A stretch of DNA of 64,000 bases from Escherichia coli (GCF_003334305.1 NZ_QOWS01000024.1), one strand, 5' to 3'. Positions 24,487 to 39,467 are shown, counted from the first letter of the stretch. Program-made: numbers and translations. Notes: a model not told the origin generated them from the letters alone.

Positions 24487-24999
24487 ATGAGTCAGGTAAG
24501 CACTGAATTTATCCCGACCCGTATTGCTATTCTTACGGTTTCTAATCGTCGCGGTGAAGAAGACGATACCTCCGGTCACTATCTGCGCGATTCGGCGCAA
24601 GAAGCGGGCCATCACGTTGTCGATAAAGCCATTGTGAAAGAAAACCGCTACGCTATTCGCGCTCAGGTATCTGCGTGGATCGCCAGCGACGATGTACAAG
24701 TGGTATTGATTACGGGTGGTACTGGCCTGACGGAAGGTGATCAGGCTCCCGAAGCATTGCTGCCGTTGTTCGACCGTGAAGTTGAAGGTTTTGGTGAAGT
24801 GTTCCGGATGTTGTCGTTTGAAGAGATTGGCACTTCCACGTTGCAATCTCGTGCGGTAGCGGGCGTCGCCAACAAAACGCTGATTTTCGCCATGCCGGGT
24901 TCGACCAAAGCGTGCCGTACCGCATGGGAAAATATCATCGCGCCGCAGCTGGATGCCCGTACGCGTCCGTGTAATTTCCATCCACATTTGAAGAAATAA
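24487..24999 (+). CDS. moaB: MoaB, MogA/MoaB-family molybdopterin-binding protein
   Basis: 170 aa ORF. Confidence 0.93.
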
Positions 25000-25001
25000 G
25001 T

Positions 25002-25487
25002 ATGTCGCAACTGACCCATATCAACGCCGCTGGCGAAGCGCACATGGTGGATGTCTCCGCCAAAGCGGAAACCGTGCGTGAAGCGCGGGCGGAAGCCTTT
25101 GTCACCATGCGCAGCGAGACGCTGGCGATGATTATTGATGGTCGCCACCACAAAGGCGACGTATTTGCCACTGCGCGTATTGCCGGTATTCAGGCGGCAA
25201 AACGCACCTGGGATCTGATCCCGCTCTGTCATCCGCTGATGCTCAGCAAAGTTGAAGTCAATTTACAGGCCGAGCCGGAGCACAATCGGGTGCGTATAGA
25301 AACCTTATGCCGCCTGACCGGGAAAACCGGTGTCGAAATGGAAGCATTAACCGCGGCCTCCGTGGCGGCGCTGACCATTTATGACATGTGCAAAGCGGTG
25401 CAAAAAGATATGGTGATTGGTCCGGTACGTTTGCTGGCGAAGAGCGGCGGCAAGTCGGGTGACTTTAAGGTGGAAGCGGATGATTAA
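25002..25487 (+). CDS. moaC: MoaC, cyclic pyranopterin monophosphate synthase
   Basis: 161 aa ORF. Confidence 0.93.
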
Positions 25488-25725
25488 AGTTCTTTTTTTC
25501 GCCCAGGTGCGCGAGTTGGTGGGAACAGATGCAACCGAAGTGGCTGCGGATTTCCCAACTGTTGAAGCGTTACGCCAGCACATGGCTGCGCAGAGCGATC
25601 GCTGGGCGCTGGCGCTGGAAGATGGCAAATTACTGGCTGCCGTCAACCAGACGCTGGTGAGTTTTGACCATCCGCTGACTGACGGCGACGAAGTAGCTTT
25701 CTTCCCGCCGGTAACCGGAGGTTAA
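25480..25725 (+). CDS. moaD: MoaD, molybdopterin synthase sulfur-carrier subunit
   Basis: 81 aa from [15 protein letters not shown], ends in GG; overlaps moaC end. Confidence 0.9.
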
Positions 25726-25726
25726 G

Positions 25727-26179
25727 ATGGCAGAAACCAAAATTGTTGTTGGTCCGCAGCCGTTCAGCGTAGGAGAAGAGTACCCGTGGCTGGCGGAGCG
25801 TGACGAAGACGGTGCGGTAGTCACCTTTACTGGTAAGGTGCGCAACCATAACCTGGGCGACAGCGTCAAAGCATTAACCCTCGAACACTATCCGGGGATG
25901 ACTGAAAAAGCACTGGCAGAAATTGTTGATGAAGCGCGTAACCGCTGGCCGCTGGGGCGCGTCACTGTGATTCACCGCATCGGGGAATTATGGCCGGGCG
26001 ATGAAATCGTTTTTGTCGGTGTCACCAGTGCGCATCGCAGCAGTGCGTTTGAAGCCGGGCAGTTTATTATGGATTATCTCAAAACCCGCGCACCGTTCTG
26101 GAAGCGCGAAGCCACGCCGGAAGGCGACCGCTGGGTTGAAGCTCGGGAGAGCGATCAGCAGGCGGCAAAACGCTGGTAG
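25727..26179 (+). CDS. moaE: MoaE, molybdopterin synthase catalytic subunit
   Basis: 150 aa ORF. Confidence 0.93.
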   Translation: MAETKIVVGPQPFSVGEEYPWLAERDEDGAVVTFTGKVRNHNLGDSVKALTLEHYPGMTEKALAEIVDEARNRWPLGRVTVIHRIGELWPGDEIVFVGVTSAHRSSAFEAGQFIMDYLKTRAPFWKREATPEGDRWVEARESDQQAAKRW

Positions 26180-26185
26180 TTTTTT

Positions 26186-26218
26186 GTTAGCCGGATAAGG
26201 CACCGCTGCGTCCGGCAA
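26186..26218. repeat. REP-like palindromic element after moaE
   Basis: GTTAGCCGGATAAGGCACCGCTGCGTCCGGCAA. Confidence 0.5.
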
Positions 26219-26315
26219 TTTCACCGCTCAGTACATGCGTTTACGCTGCGTCGATGCACAGCCTCATCATTTTGCAGTATCCTTAAGATATTCCTTATAT
26301 CTTCAGGAGATCGTC

Positions 26316-27020
26316 ATGGACAGATTCCCACGTTCTGATTCAATCGTACAACCCCGGGCTGGCTTGCAAACTTATATGGCGCAAGTCTATGGCTGGATGA
26401 CCGTTGGCTTGTTGCTGACCGCATTTGTTGCCTGGTATGCGGCTAATTCCGCGGCCGTGATGGAGCTGTTGTTTACTAACCGTGTCTTTTTAATCGGTCT
26501 GATCATCGCGCAATTAGCATTGGTTATTGTGTTATCAGCGATGATTCAAAAGCTGAGCGCAGGTGTAACGACGATGCTCTTTATGCTTTATTCGGCGCTG
26601 ACGGGTCTTACGCTTTCCAGTATATTCATTGTCTATACCGCTGCTTCTATCGCCAGTACTTTCGTCGTTACTGCCGGGATGTTCGGCGCAATGAGCCTGT
26701 ACGGTTACACCACGAAGCGCGATTTAAGTGGCTTTGGCAATATGCTGTTTATGGCGTTAATCGGCATTGTGCTGGCATCGCTGGTCAACTTCTGGCTGAA
26801 AAGCGAAGCATTGATGTGGGCAGTTACCTACATCGGCGTGATTGTCTTTGTCGGATTGACGGCGTATGACACTCAGAAATTGAAAAATATGGGTGAGCAG
26901 ATTGATACCCGCGACACGTCGAACCTGCGCAAATATTCCATTCTTGGCGCGTTAACCTTGTATCTGGACTTCATCAACCTGTTCCTGATGTTGCTGCGAA
27001 TTTTTGGCAACCGCCGTTAA
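26316..27020 (+). CDS. ybhL: YbhL, BAX-inhibitor-1 (TMBIM)-family inner-membrane protein
   Basis: 234 aa from MDRFPRSDSIV; 7 predicted TM segments. Confidence 0.88.
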   Translation: MDRFPRSDSIVQPRAGLQTYMAQVYGWMTVGLLLTAFVAWYAANSAAVMELLFTNRVFLIGLIIAQLALVIVLSAMIQKLSAGVTTMLFMLYSALTGLTLSSIFIVYTAASIASTFVVTAGMFGAMSLYGYTTKRDLSGFGNMLFMALIGIVLASLVNFWLKSEALMWAVTYIGVIVFVGLTAYDTQKLKNMGEQIDTRDTSNLRKYSILGALTLYLDFINLFLMLLRIFGNRR

Positions 27021-27038
27021 TTCTTTTTCACCATCAAT

Positions 27039-27068
27039 ATCCCGGCCATGTGTCGGGATTTTTTTTCT
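27039..27068 (+). terminator. Rho-independent terminator after ybhL
   Basis: Hairpin ATCCCG...CGGGAT followed by T8. Confidence 0.65.
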
Positions 27069-27224
27069 TACTAAAAACGACACTTAACAAGTACCAGGTA
27101 TAAAATACGCCTTATGGCGAGCGGAAGCGTTTTCCGTATCCATAAATACAAAAGTATTTTGTATGCGTGGTTTTAAATTTATTGATGGTGAATATTAATA
27201 TTTTTTCTAAGGACAACTAAAAGA

Positions 27225-27938
27225 ATGGAATCATATTCACAAAACAGCAATAAATTAGATTTTCAGCACGAGACCAGGATATTAAACGGTATATGGCTCA
27301 TTACCGCTTTAGGTTTGGTGGCAACCGCAGGACTGGCCTGGGGAGCTAAGTATCTCGAAATTACGGCAACCAAATATGATTCACCAACAATGTATGTCGC
27401 CATAGGGTTATTATTAGTTTGTATGTATGGCTTAAGTAAGGATATCAACAAGATAAATGCCGTCATCGCAGGCGTAATATATCTGTTTTTACTCTCTTTG
27501 GTGGCGATTGTCGTTGCAAGTTTAGCTCCTGTACCTGCCATTATCGTCGTGTTCAGCACTGCGGGCGCGATGTTTTTAATCAGTATGCTGGCCGGTTTAT
27601 TATTTAATGTTGATCCTGGTTCTCACCGTTTTATCATTATGATGACGTTGACAGGTTTGGCCCTGGTGATCATCATGAATGCCGCATTAATGAGTGAACG
27701 ACCCGTTTGGGTAATAAGTTGCTTAATGATTGTGTTATGGTCAGGCATTATCTCGCATGGACGAAATAAGCTCCTTGAATTGGCTGGGAAATGCCATAGT
27801 GAAGAGTTGTGGAGTCCGGTTCGTTGCGCTGTTACAGGTGCATTAACACTCTATTACTATTTTATCGGCTTCTTTGGGATACTTGCCGCGATAGCTATAA
27901 CGCTTGTCTGGCAAAGGCATACGCGTTTTTTTCATTAG
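27225..27938 (+). CDS. ybhM: YbhM, BAX-inhibitor-1-family inner-membrane protein (paralog of YbhL)
   Basis: 237 aa hydrophobic ORF. Confidence 0.85.
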   Translation: MESYSQNSNKLDFQHETRILNGIWLITALGLVATAGLAWGAKYLEITATKYDSPTMYVAIGLLLVCMYGLSKDINKINAVIAGVIYLFLLSLVAIVVASLAPVPAIIVVFSTAGAMFLISMLAGLLFNVDPGSHRFIIMMTLTGLALVIIMNAALMSERPVWVISCLMIVLWSGIISHGRNKLLELAGKCHSEELWSPVRCAVTGALTLYYYFIGFFGILAAIAITLVWQRHTRFFH

Positions 27939-27973
27939 TCGTAAATGCAGATACTAAAGAACTTAACTAAACT

Positions 27974-28930
27974 TCACATCGCCGCTTCATTTTTCGCCCG
28001 TAGCTTCTTCGCCTGGCTTTCCAGTAGCAGGTAACAGATCAGCGCCAGCAGCAGCGGGATAAAGTAATACAGGACGCGATAAGCGAGTAGGGCGGCGATA
28101 ATTGTGCCTTTGGATGTATGCTCCCCAGCCAGTAGCGCGATAAACACCGCTTCCAGCACACCGATCCCCGCCGGAATATGCACGATGACGCCAGCAATAC
28201 TACTAACCAGTAACACGCCCAGTACAAAGAAATAGTTCACGCTTTGACCAAGTAACAGCCAGATAATCGCCCCCATTACCATCCAGTTAACGCTGGAAAT
28301 CAGCATCTGAGCGAGGGCGAATTTCCATGAAGGCAGCACCAGTTTTTGCCCTTTGATGGTCATATGGCGGTGCTTCGCGAAAGCGCAAAACCACAAATAA
28401 ACCGCGATAATCATCAGTAAGCCAATGCCGAGAATACGCAGCGTAGTTTGATCGACATACCAGTGATCCGGCAACTCCACCACGCCTGCGGTAAAGATAA
28501 TCCCTGCCAGTAAAATATAGCCCAGCCAGTTGGTGGTAATACTGAGCGAGAAAATCCGCGTAATAGTGCTGCCCGGTAACCCTAGTCGGGAGTACAAACG
28601 ATAGCGCATACCAATGCCGCCGACCCAGGTACTGAGCGTCAGGTTGAAGGCGTAGCAGATAAACGACACCAGCATCACCTGGCGCTTCGCCAGTTTGTGA
28701 CCGCAGTAAAAGCGGGCGAGCAGGTCATAGCAGCCGTAAATCAGATAGCTGACGACCACCAGCCCGACCGCACTAAGCAGCGCAACGCGATTGTAGTCGC
28801 GGATGACCTTCCAGACCTCTTCCCAGTCCACTTTTTTGGCGTAGACCACCAGCAACACAATCACCGCGATAAAAAACAGCCAGGTGAGGATCTTCTTTGC
28901 TAAGCGCCAGCGCGGGTGTGATTTACTCAT
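27974..28930 (-). CDS. ybhN: YbhN, inner-membrane protein (UPF0104 / LPG-synthase-TM-like)
   Basis: 318 aa polytopic ORF; last gene of ybhP-clsB-ybhN. Confidence 0.88.
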   Translation of the reverse strand: MSKSHPRWRLAKKILTWLFFIAVIVLLVVYAKKVDWEEVWKVIRDYNRVALLSAVGLVVVSYLIYGCYDLLARFYCGHKLAKRQVMLVSFICYAFNLTLSTWVGGIGMRYRLYSRLGLPGSTITRIFSLSITTNWLGYILLAGIIFTAGVVELPDHWYVDQTTLRILGIGLLMIIAVYLWFCAFAKHRHMTIKGQKLVLPSWKFALAQMLISSVNWMVMGAIIWLLLGQSVNYFFVLGVLLVSSIAGVIVHIPAGIGVLEAVFIALLAGEHTSKGTIIAALLAYRVLYYFIPLLLALICYLLLESQAKKLRAKNEAAM

Positions 28931-30171
28931 CAGGGTTTTACCCCCGTGTTTTCAGTTTCTACCCGATCCTGCGTTTCCATTGTCGGTTGTGCGGGCGGAT
29001 CAACCTGCGCCAGACGTGGTGTGTGTGCCGGAAGCCAGCCAACCAGCGCCGGGAAGTGGCGTAAAAAGTGGAACGCCAGCACGCTTTTGGTCAGGTTCCA
29101 CCAGGTGCGTTTCGGCAGCATGGTCTCATCGACCTGCTGACAATCTGCGGCAATAATGCCGTTCAGATTATCGCGCAGCGTCTGGTTAAAATGACGATCG
29201 TGGATGATGACATTTGCTTCGAGATTCAGTGACAAACTGAGCGGATCGAGATTACTGGACCCTACTGTCGCCCAGTGATCGTCCATCAATGCCACTTTGC
29301 CGTGGAGCGGGCGGCGGCGGTACTCAAATACCTGAACGCCGCCTTTAACCAGATAGTTATACAGCAAGCGCGCACCGACTCTGACAATCGGCATATCCGG
29401 TTCGCCCTGAATGATCAGTTTGATCCGCACCCCGCGCCGTGCCGCTTTACGCAAGGCGTGTAAAAATCGATAGCCGGGGAAGAAGTAGGCGTTGGCGATA
29501 ATGACTTCTCGCCGCGCCTGAGTGAGCATTTTCAGATAGTGACGTTCAATATCATCGCGATGTTCTTCGTTATCGCGCCAGACCAGCAATACCTGCGCTT
29601 CTCCCGGCTGGCGGTTCTCTTCCGCTTTGTGATGACGTCGCCACCAGCGTCGTGCCGCGCTCTGTCCAGGCAGGTTTTCCAGCTCAAACTGGAGAATATC
29701 TTCGACAATCGGCCCTTCAAGGCGTACCGCGTAATCCTGTTTAGCCTCTGGACCGTAGCTGGACATATGCTCGGCGGAGTAATTCAGCCCGCCAATAAAG
29801 GCGATACGCGCGTCGATCACCACAATTTTGCGATGCATCCGGCGAAACACATTGGTGCGCATACCAAAAAGGCGAGGGCGGGGATCGTAGTAGCGAAATA
29901 CCACGCCAGCTGCCGTCAGTTCATTGACAAACTCATCGCTGAGATCCGGCGAACCGTAGCCATCCAGCAAGACTTCCGCTTTAACCCCGCGTTGCGCTGC
30001 TGCCAGTAGTGCCGCATGCAGCTGTTTGCCGACGTCATCCTCAAACCAGATAAACGTTTCAAGAATGATGCGTTCTTGTGCCTCGCCAATCGCCTTAAAC
30101 ACCGCGGGATAATATTGCTCGCCGTTTTCCAGCAACTGGATCTTATTGCCTTCGCGCCAGCTACATTTCAT
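28930..30171 (-). CDS. clsB: ClsB, cardiolipin synthase B (phospholipase D family)
   Basis: 413 aa; two HxK-type PLD motifs (HRKIVVID..., HGKVALMDD...). Confidence 0.92.
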
Positions 30172-30929
30172 AAATGAATCTCCGCACTTAAAGGGGCATG
30201 ATCAGAAAGGTGTCGCCATGTCCGCAGCGGCAACGCGGTTGGCGCGCTGGCGCTGGCATTTTTGACGTAGATCCTGTCCAGTCGTAGTAGAGGAAATTGC
30301 ACCGGAAACGTGCGCGCCGGGCGTCCGTGGGCGCGGGTAAAAATCTCATCCAGTCCGGCCTGCACTTTTAACGGATGATTAGCTTTTTGCCGCCAGTCAT
30401 TGAAATCACCCGCCACCAATACCGGTTCGCCGTCCGGTAGCTCATTCACCCATTCGGCGAGCATCGCAAGCTGCGCCTGACGGTGCGCCTCACGCAGGCC
30501 CAGATGTACGCACATCACATGAATCGCTTTTCCGGTCATCGGTGGCACAATGCGGCAGTAGAGCACGCCGCGCTTTTCCGCACCATCGACCGAAACATCG
30601 CGATTCTCATAATGTTCAATGGGATAACGCGACAGTACGGCGTTGCCGTGATGCCCTTCCGGGTATACGGCATTGCGACCGTAGGCAAAATCGCTCCACA
30701 TCGTGTCGGCGAGAAACTCGTAGTGCGAGGTATCGGGCCAGTTTTCCACATGCAGCGGATGAACTTCGTGCGCGCCCATCACTTCCTGCAGGCAAACAAT
30801 ATCGGCGCTGACGGTACGCACCGCGTCGCGAAGTTCCGGCAAAATGAAGCGTCGGTTAAACGCGGTAAAACCTTTGTGAATGTTGATGGTGAGCACCTTG
30901 AACGAAAATTGTTGTGTTTGATCGGGCAT
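30168..30929 (-). CDS. ybhP: YbhP, endonuclease/exonuclease/phosphatase-family protein
   Basis: 253 aa; 4-bp overlap with clsB start. Confidence 0.88.
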
Positions 30930-31061
30930 AATTTTCCTGTCTTTGCCTCTTATCTCATTGAAATAGTGTAGTCGGCGTCACAAAAAGGTGCGGTCTTACG
31001 GAATTTTCCGTAAAGTTCGGTACTCTGAGTAAGTAGAGATAAATTCTTCAGGAGAGAAGCC

Positions 31062-31472
31062 ATGAAGTGGCAACAACGTGTTCGTGTCGCAACTGGTCTA
31101 AGTTGCTGGCAGATTATGTTGCATTTACTGGTAGTGGCGCTGCTGGTGGTGGGCTGGATGAGTAAGACTCTGGTTCACGTCGGCGTGGGATTATGCGCAC
31201 TGTATTGTGTCACGGTAGTGATGATGTTGGTGTTTCAGCGCCACCCCGAGCAACGCTGGCGTGAGGTGGCAGACGTGCTGGAAGAGCTGACCACGACCTG
31301 GTATTTTGGCGCAGCGCTGATTGTGCTGTGGCTGTTGTCCCGTGTACTGGAAAACAACTTTTTGCTGGCAATTGCAGGGCTGGCAATCCTTGCCGGCCCG
31401 GCGGTAGTTTCTTTGCTGGCGAAAGATAAGAAGTTACATCACCTTACGTCTAAACATCGCGTACGCCGCTGA
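31062..31472 (+). CDS. ybhQ: YbhQ, small inner-membrane protein
   Basis: 136 aa hydrophobic ORF; 3' end overlaps convergent ybhR. Confidence 0.8.
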
Positions 31473-32540
31473 CCCTGTCGTGGCCGTTATCACCAGTAGC
31501 GGCCACAAACTATTCCACACAATATCCAGACTCGCATCCTTCAAATAAATCTGCTTGGTAATGTCCGTAAAGTGGCGAATAGGGTTAATCCACGTCAGGT
31601 TTTGCAGCCATACTGGCATGTTTTCCACCGGAGAAACGTAACCGGAAAGGAGAATGGCGGGCATCATAAAAACAAACACGCCGATAAACGCCTGCTGTTG
31701 TGTCGAGCAGAGTGATGAAATCAACAGACCGAATCCCACCAGCGATAAACCGTAAATCACCATCGTAAAGTAGAACAGCGCCAGCGATCCGGCGAAGGGG
31801 ATTTGATACGCCCAGATACCAATCGCCAGCACAATGGTGGCCTGGAAGGTGGCGACAATTAACGCCGGTACGGCTTTGCCGATGAAGATCTGCCAGGTGG
31901 TGAGCGGCGAAACCAGTAGCTGATCGAGCGTACCTTGTTCACGTTCGCGGGCGACGGAAAGTGAAGTGACGATCATTACGCCGATAGTGGTGATCATGGC
32001 GATCAGCGACGGCACCACAAACCATTTGTAGTCAAGATTCGGGTTATACCAGTTGCGTACCACCAGCTCGCTGTTGTTAGGTTTCGGTTTTCCTTCCAGC
32101 AGCTCCTGCTGATAATTTTTGACGATCTGTTGCAGGTAGTTGGCGGCAATTTGCGCACTGTTGGAGTTACGCCCGTCGAGGATCAACTGCAACGGCGCGG
32201 TCTGGAAGGTATCCAGTTTGCGCGAGAAGTCAGCCGGGAAACGCACCAGTAGTAACGCCTTTTGTGTGTCGATGGTTGGGCGGATCTCCTGTGGGCTTTT
32301 CAGCAGCAGCACATGAGTAAAGGCGCTGGCGCGGGCAAAACGTTGGGTCAGCTCCACCGAATGCTCGCCGTTATCTTCATCGTAGATGGCGATGGTGGCG
32401 TTAGTCACTTCCAGCGTGGCGGCGAACGGGAACAGAATCACCTGAATAAGCACAGGTAAAATCAGAATCGCGCGGGTTTGCGGTTCGCGCAGCAGCGACT
32501 GCAACTCTTTGCGGATTAACGTCCATAAGCGATGAAACAT
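31434..32540 (-). CDS. ybhR: YbhR, ABC-2-type exporter permease
   Basis: 368 aa polytopic ORF. Confidence 0.9.
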
Positions 32541-32550
32541 GCTCTTCTCC

Positions 32551-33676
32551 CTAATCCAGCCGACGTTTGGTTTTCAGCCACGTCAGGCCGATAAACATCA
32601 CCGCCGAAGCGATCAAAAACAGCACGTTTACCACCAGCACCACTGGAATATTCCCGGCGAGGAACAGGCTTTGCAGGGTGCTGACGAAATAACGAGCGGG
32701 AATAATGTACGTCACCGCGCGGATCACCGCGGGCATACTGTCGATCTGAAAAATAAAGCCAGAGAGCATAATCGACGGCAGGAACGCGGCGTTCAGGGCG
32801 ACCTGAGCGGCATTGAACTGGTTGCGGGTAATCGTGGAAATCAGCAGCCCCATCCCCAGGGTACTGAGTAAAAACAGGCTGGAGATAAAAAACAGAATCA
32901 GCAGCGACCCGCGATACGGCACGCCGAGAATAAACACCGACACCAGCATACACAGCAGCATCGCCAGCATCCCGAGAAAGTAATAGGGGATCAGCTTACA
33001 CAGCAGCAGCTCCGTGCGGGTAATCTCCGTAGAGAGCAGAGCCTCCATGGTGCCGCGTTCCCATTCTCGCGCCACCACCAGCGAGGTGAGAATCGCGCCG
33101 ATGACCGTCATGATGATGGTCACCGCACCGGGGATAATAAAGTGCTGGCTAATCGCCGCCGGGTTAAACCAGTAGCGGGTTTGTACATCAATAAGCGGCT
33201 CAAAGGTCTGCCCGTTGTCCTCCGCCCGCTGCATTTGCCAGATCTGCCAGATCCCTTCGACATACCCCTGCACAAAGTTAGCGGTATTCGGCTCACTGCC
33301 GTCGGTGATCACCTGAATCGGTGCGGTGGCGTTGGCGCGCTCCATCTGTTCGGCGAAATCCACGGGAATAACCACCAGACCGCGAATTTTCCCCGCCTGC
33401 ATTTTGGCGATCAGTTCCTGACGGTTATCGCTGATGGTGGCGTCGATGTAGGGCGAACCGGTCATGGTGTGGGTGAAATCCAGCGCCGCTTCGCTACGCT
33501 GTTCCAGCAAAATCCCGACCCGCAGCTTGCTGGAGTCGAGGTTAATGCCGTAACCAAAAATAAACAGCAGTAGCAGTGGGATCACTACCGCAATCAGCCA
33601 GCTACTCGGATCGCGAACGATCTGCCGCGTCTCTTTGACGCACAGCGCCCGCACGCGACGCCAGGAAAGGATCGGG

Positions 33677-33684
<8 letters not shown>
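32551..33684 (-). CDS. ybhS: YbhS, ABC-2-type exporter permease
   Basis: 377 aa polytopic ORF, paralogous to YbhR. Confidence 0.9.
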
Positions 33685-37075
<3,391 letters not shown>

Positions 37076-37088
37076 CGCACAGTCCATT

Positions 37089-37110
37089 CTTAATCAAATG
37101 ATTGATTAAG
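37089..37110. promoter_or_regulatory. Candidate TetR-type operator palindrome upstream of cecR
   Basis: CTTAATCAA-atga-TTGATTAAG, perfect 9-bp inverted repeat 14 bp upstream of cecR start codon. Confidence 0.45.
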
Positions 37111-37303
37111 ATTATGACTCCATATGGGAGTTGTCCAGTATGGCTAAGAATTTTAGCTACGCCAGTCACAGGGATAATTTATGCGCTGCGTCACAAAAAC
37201 TGCTACACTCCGCTCCCTCATGACATTGTGGTTTTTGTCATTTTCCTTTTCAGTATCTCCCTGAAAACTACACCGGTAACGGTCGGGGCGGTTCGGAGTA
37301 GTT

Positions 37304-38668
37304 ATGTCTTTCGATTCTTTGGGTTTAAGCCCTGATATCCTGCGCGCCGTTGCCGAGCAGGGTTACCGTGAACCCACCCCTATTCAGCAGCAGGCGATCC
37401 CTGCGGTGCTGGAAGGCCGCGACCTGATGGCTAGCGCCCAGACCGGTACCGGTAAAACAGCGGGCTTTACGCTGCCGCTGTTGCAACACCTGATCACTCG
37501 CCAGCCGCACGCCAAAGGGCGTCGTCCGGTACGTGCGCTCATTCTTACCCCGACCCGTGAACTGGCTGCGCAGATTGGCGAAAACGTCCGTGATTACAGC
37601 AAATATTTGAACATTCGTTCGCTGGTGGTGTTTGGCGGTGTCAGCATTAACCCGCAAATGATGAAGCTGCGCGGCGGCGTTGATGTTCTGGTGGCAACAC
37701 CGGGACGTTTGCTGGACCTGGAACATCAAAATGCAGTGAAGCTGGATCAGGTTGAAATCCTCGTCCTCGATGAAGCTGACCGCATGCTCGACATGGGCTT
37801 TATCCACGATATCCGTCGCGTGTTAACAAAACTGCCAGCGAAACGCCAGAACCTGCTGTTCTCTGCGACCTTCTCTGACGATATTAAAGCCCTGGCGGAA
37901 AAACTGTTGCACAACCCGCTGGAAATCGAAGTGGCACGCCGCAATACCGCGTCTGATCAGGTGACCCAGCACGTTCACTTTGTTGATAAGAAACGCAAAC
38001 GCGAATTGCTGTCGCACATGATTGGTAAAGGGAACTGGCAGCAGGTGCTGGTGTTTACCCGTACCAAACACGGCGCTAACCATCTGGCTGAGCAGCTCAA
38101 TAAAGATGGCATCCGTAGTGCGGCGATCCACGGGAATAAATCGCAAGGTGCGCGTACCCGTGCGCTGGCTGATTTTAAATCGGGTGACATTCGCGTACTG
38201 GTGGCGACCGATATCGCTGCGCGCGGTCTGGATATCGAAGAGTTGCCGCACGTCGTCAACTATGAACTGCCAAACGTACCGGAAGATTATGTCCACCGTA
38301 TCGGGCGTACCGGTCGTGCGGCTGCTACCGGTGAAGCGTTGTCGCTGGTGTGTGTTGATGAACACAAACTGCTGCGTGATATCGAAAAACTGCTGAAAAA
38401 AGAGATCCCGCGCATTGCGATTCCGGGCTATGAGCCGGACCCGTCAATCAAAGCCGAACCGATCCAGAACGGTCGCCAGCAACGTGGCGGCGGCGGTCGT
38501 GGGCAAGGTGGTGGTCGCGGTCAACAGCAACCACGCCGTGGGGAAGGTGGCGCAAAATCTGCAAGCGCGAAACCTGCAGAAAAACCGTCTCGCCGCCTCG
38601 GCGATGCCAAACCGGCAGGCGAACAACAACGTCGCCGCCGTCCGCGTAAACCTACCGCTGCGCAGTAA
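37304..38668 (+). CDS. rhlE: RhlE, DEAD-box ATP-dependent RNA helicase
   Basis: 454 aa; DEAD, SAT, Q-motif; R/G-rich basic C-terminal tail. Confidence 0.95.
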   Translation: MSFDSLGLSPDILRAVAEQGYREPTPIQQQAIPAVLEGRDLMASAQTGTGKTAGFTLPLLQHLITRQPHAKGRRPVRALILTPTRELAAQIGENVRDYSKYLNIRSLVVFGGVSINPQMMKLRGGVDVLVATPGRLLDLEHQNAVKLDQVEILVLDEADRMLDMGFIHDIRRVLTKLPAKRQNLLFSATFSDDIKALAEKLLHNPLEIEVARRNTASDQVTQHVHFVDKKRKRELLSHMIGKGNWQQVLVFTRTKHGANHLAEQLNKDGIRSAAIHGNKSQGARTRALADFKSGDIRVLVATDIAARGLDIEELPHVVNYELPNVPEDYVHRIGRTGRAAATGEALSLVCVDEHKLLRDIEKLLKKEIPRIAIPGYEPDPSIKAEPIQNGRQQRGGGGRGQGGGRGQQQPRRGEGGAKSASAKPAEKPSRRLGDAKPAGEQQRRRRPRKPTAAQ

Positions 38669-38674
38669 TCTTTT

Positions 38675-38819
<145 letters not shown>

Positions 38820-38899
38820 TTTCACAACAAGCACTTGTCAGCAATTTGAGAACACGGGAAAAAATTTATCTGTTTTACCGCCCATAAGCCACCGAGACG

Positions 38900-39382
38900 T
38901 TACTTCTCTATAGCCAATTGTTCGCGCAACTCCATTAAAAGGTAGCCCAGTCGATTCTTGCCCTTACCATTACCACCGTCTCCCCAGTAAGCATCGTTTT
39001 CCGTATGCTCAACCAGTTTTGCGGGCGCGGTTGCCAGCAAGAGCGCACGCAGTTCTGGATGCTGTTCGAATTTAGCGCGAAGTGCTTTTCGCATCACCTG
39101 TTCTTTGACCGACTCCCAGTTTTTACGCAGAGGCTTAGAACGATCGCGCCCCATGCGTGCGGCGACCATAGGGGAAGAAACCCGACGGATCTCTTCGCGG
39201 TATTTTTCATCAAGGAATTTTTGTGCCTGAAAATAGTGTTCTGAGGTGGGCCAGGTTTTCCCGTCAACCTTGATGGGCCAGGCGGCAAAGTTAGAAAAAT
39301 CACCGTAGTCATCGCTGGTGCTGTAGAAATTTATGATGGTGTCTTGCATGACGTGTTGGATCCTTTGTGCTCGAACGGGCAT
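38900..39382 (-). CDS. ybiA: YbiA, DUF1768-family N-glycosidase
   Basis: 160 aa ORF, divergent from dinG. Confidence 0.88.
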   Translation of the reverse strand: MPVRAQRIQHVMQDTIINFYSTSDDYGDFSNFAAWPIKVDGKTWPTSEHYFQAQKFLDEKYREEIRRVSSPMVAARMGRDRSKPLRKNWESVKEQVMRKALRAKFEQHPELRALLLATAPAKLVEHTENDAYWGDGGNGKGKNRLGYLLMELREQLAIEK

Positions 39383-39467
39383 TAAACCGCATTATGTTGG
39401 TGGTTATTGCGAGCCGCTTTCCAGAAACAGAAAAACCATTACCCCTGAAAACCGAAAAATGCCACAA

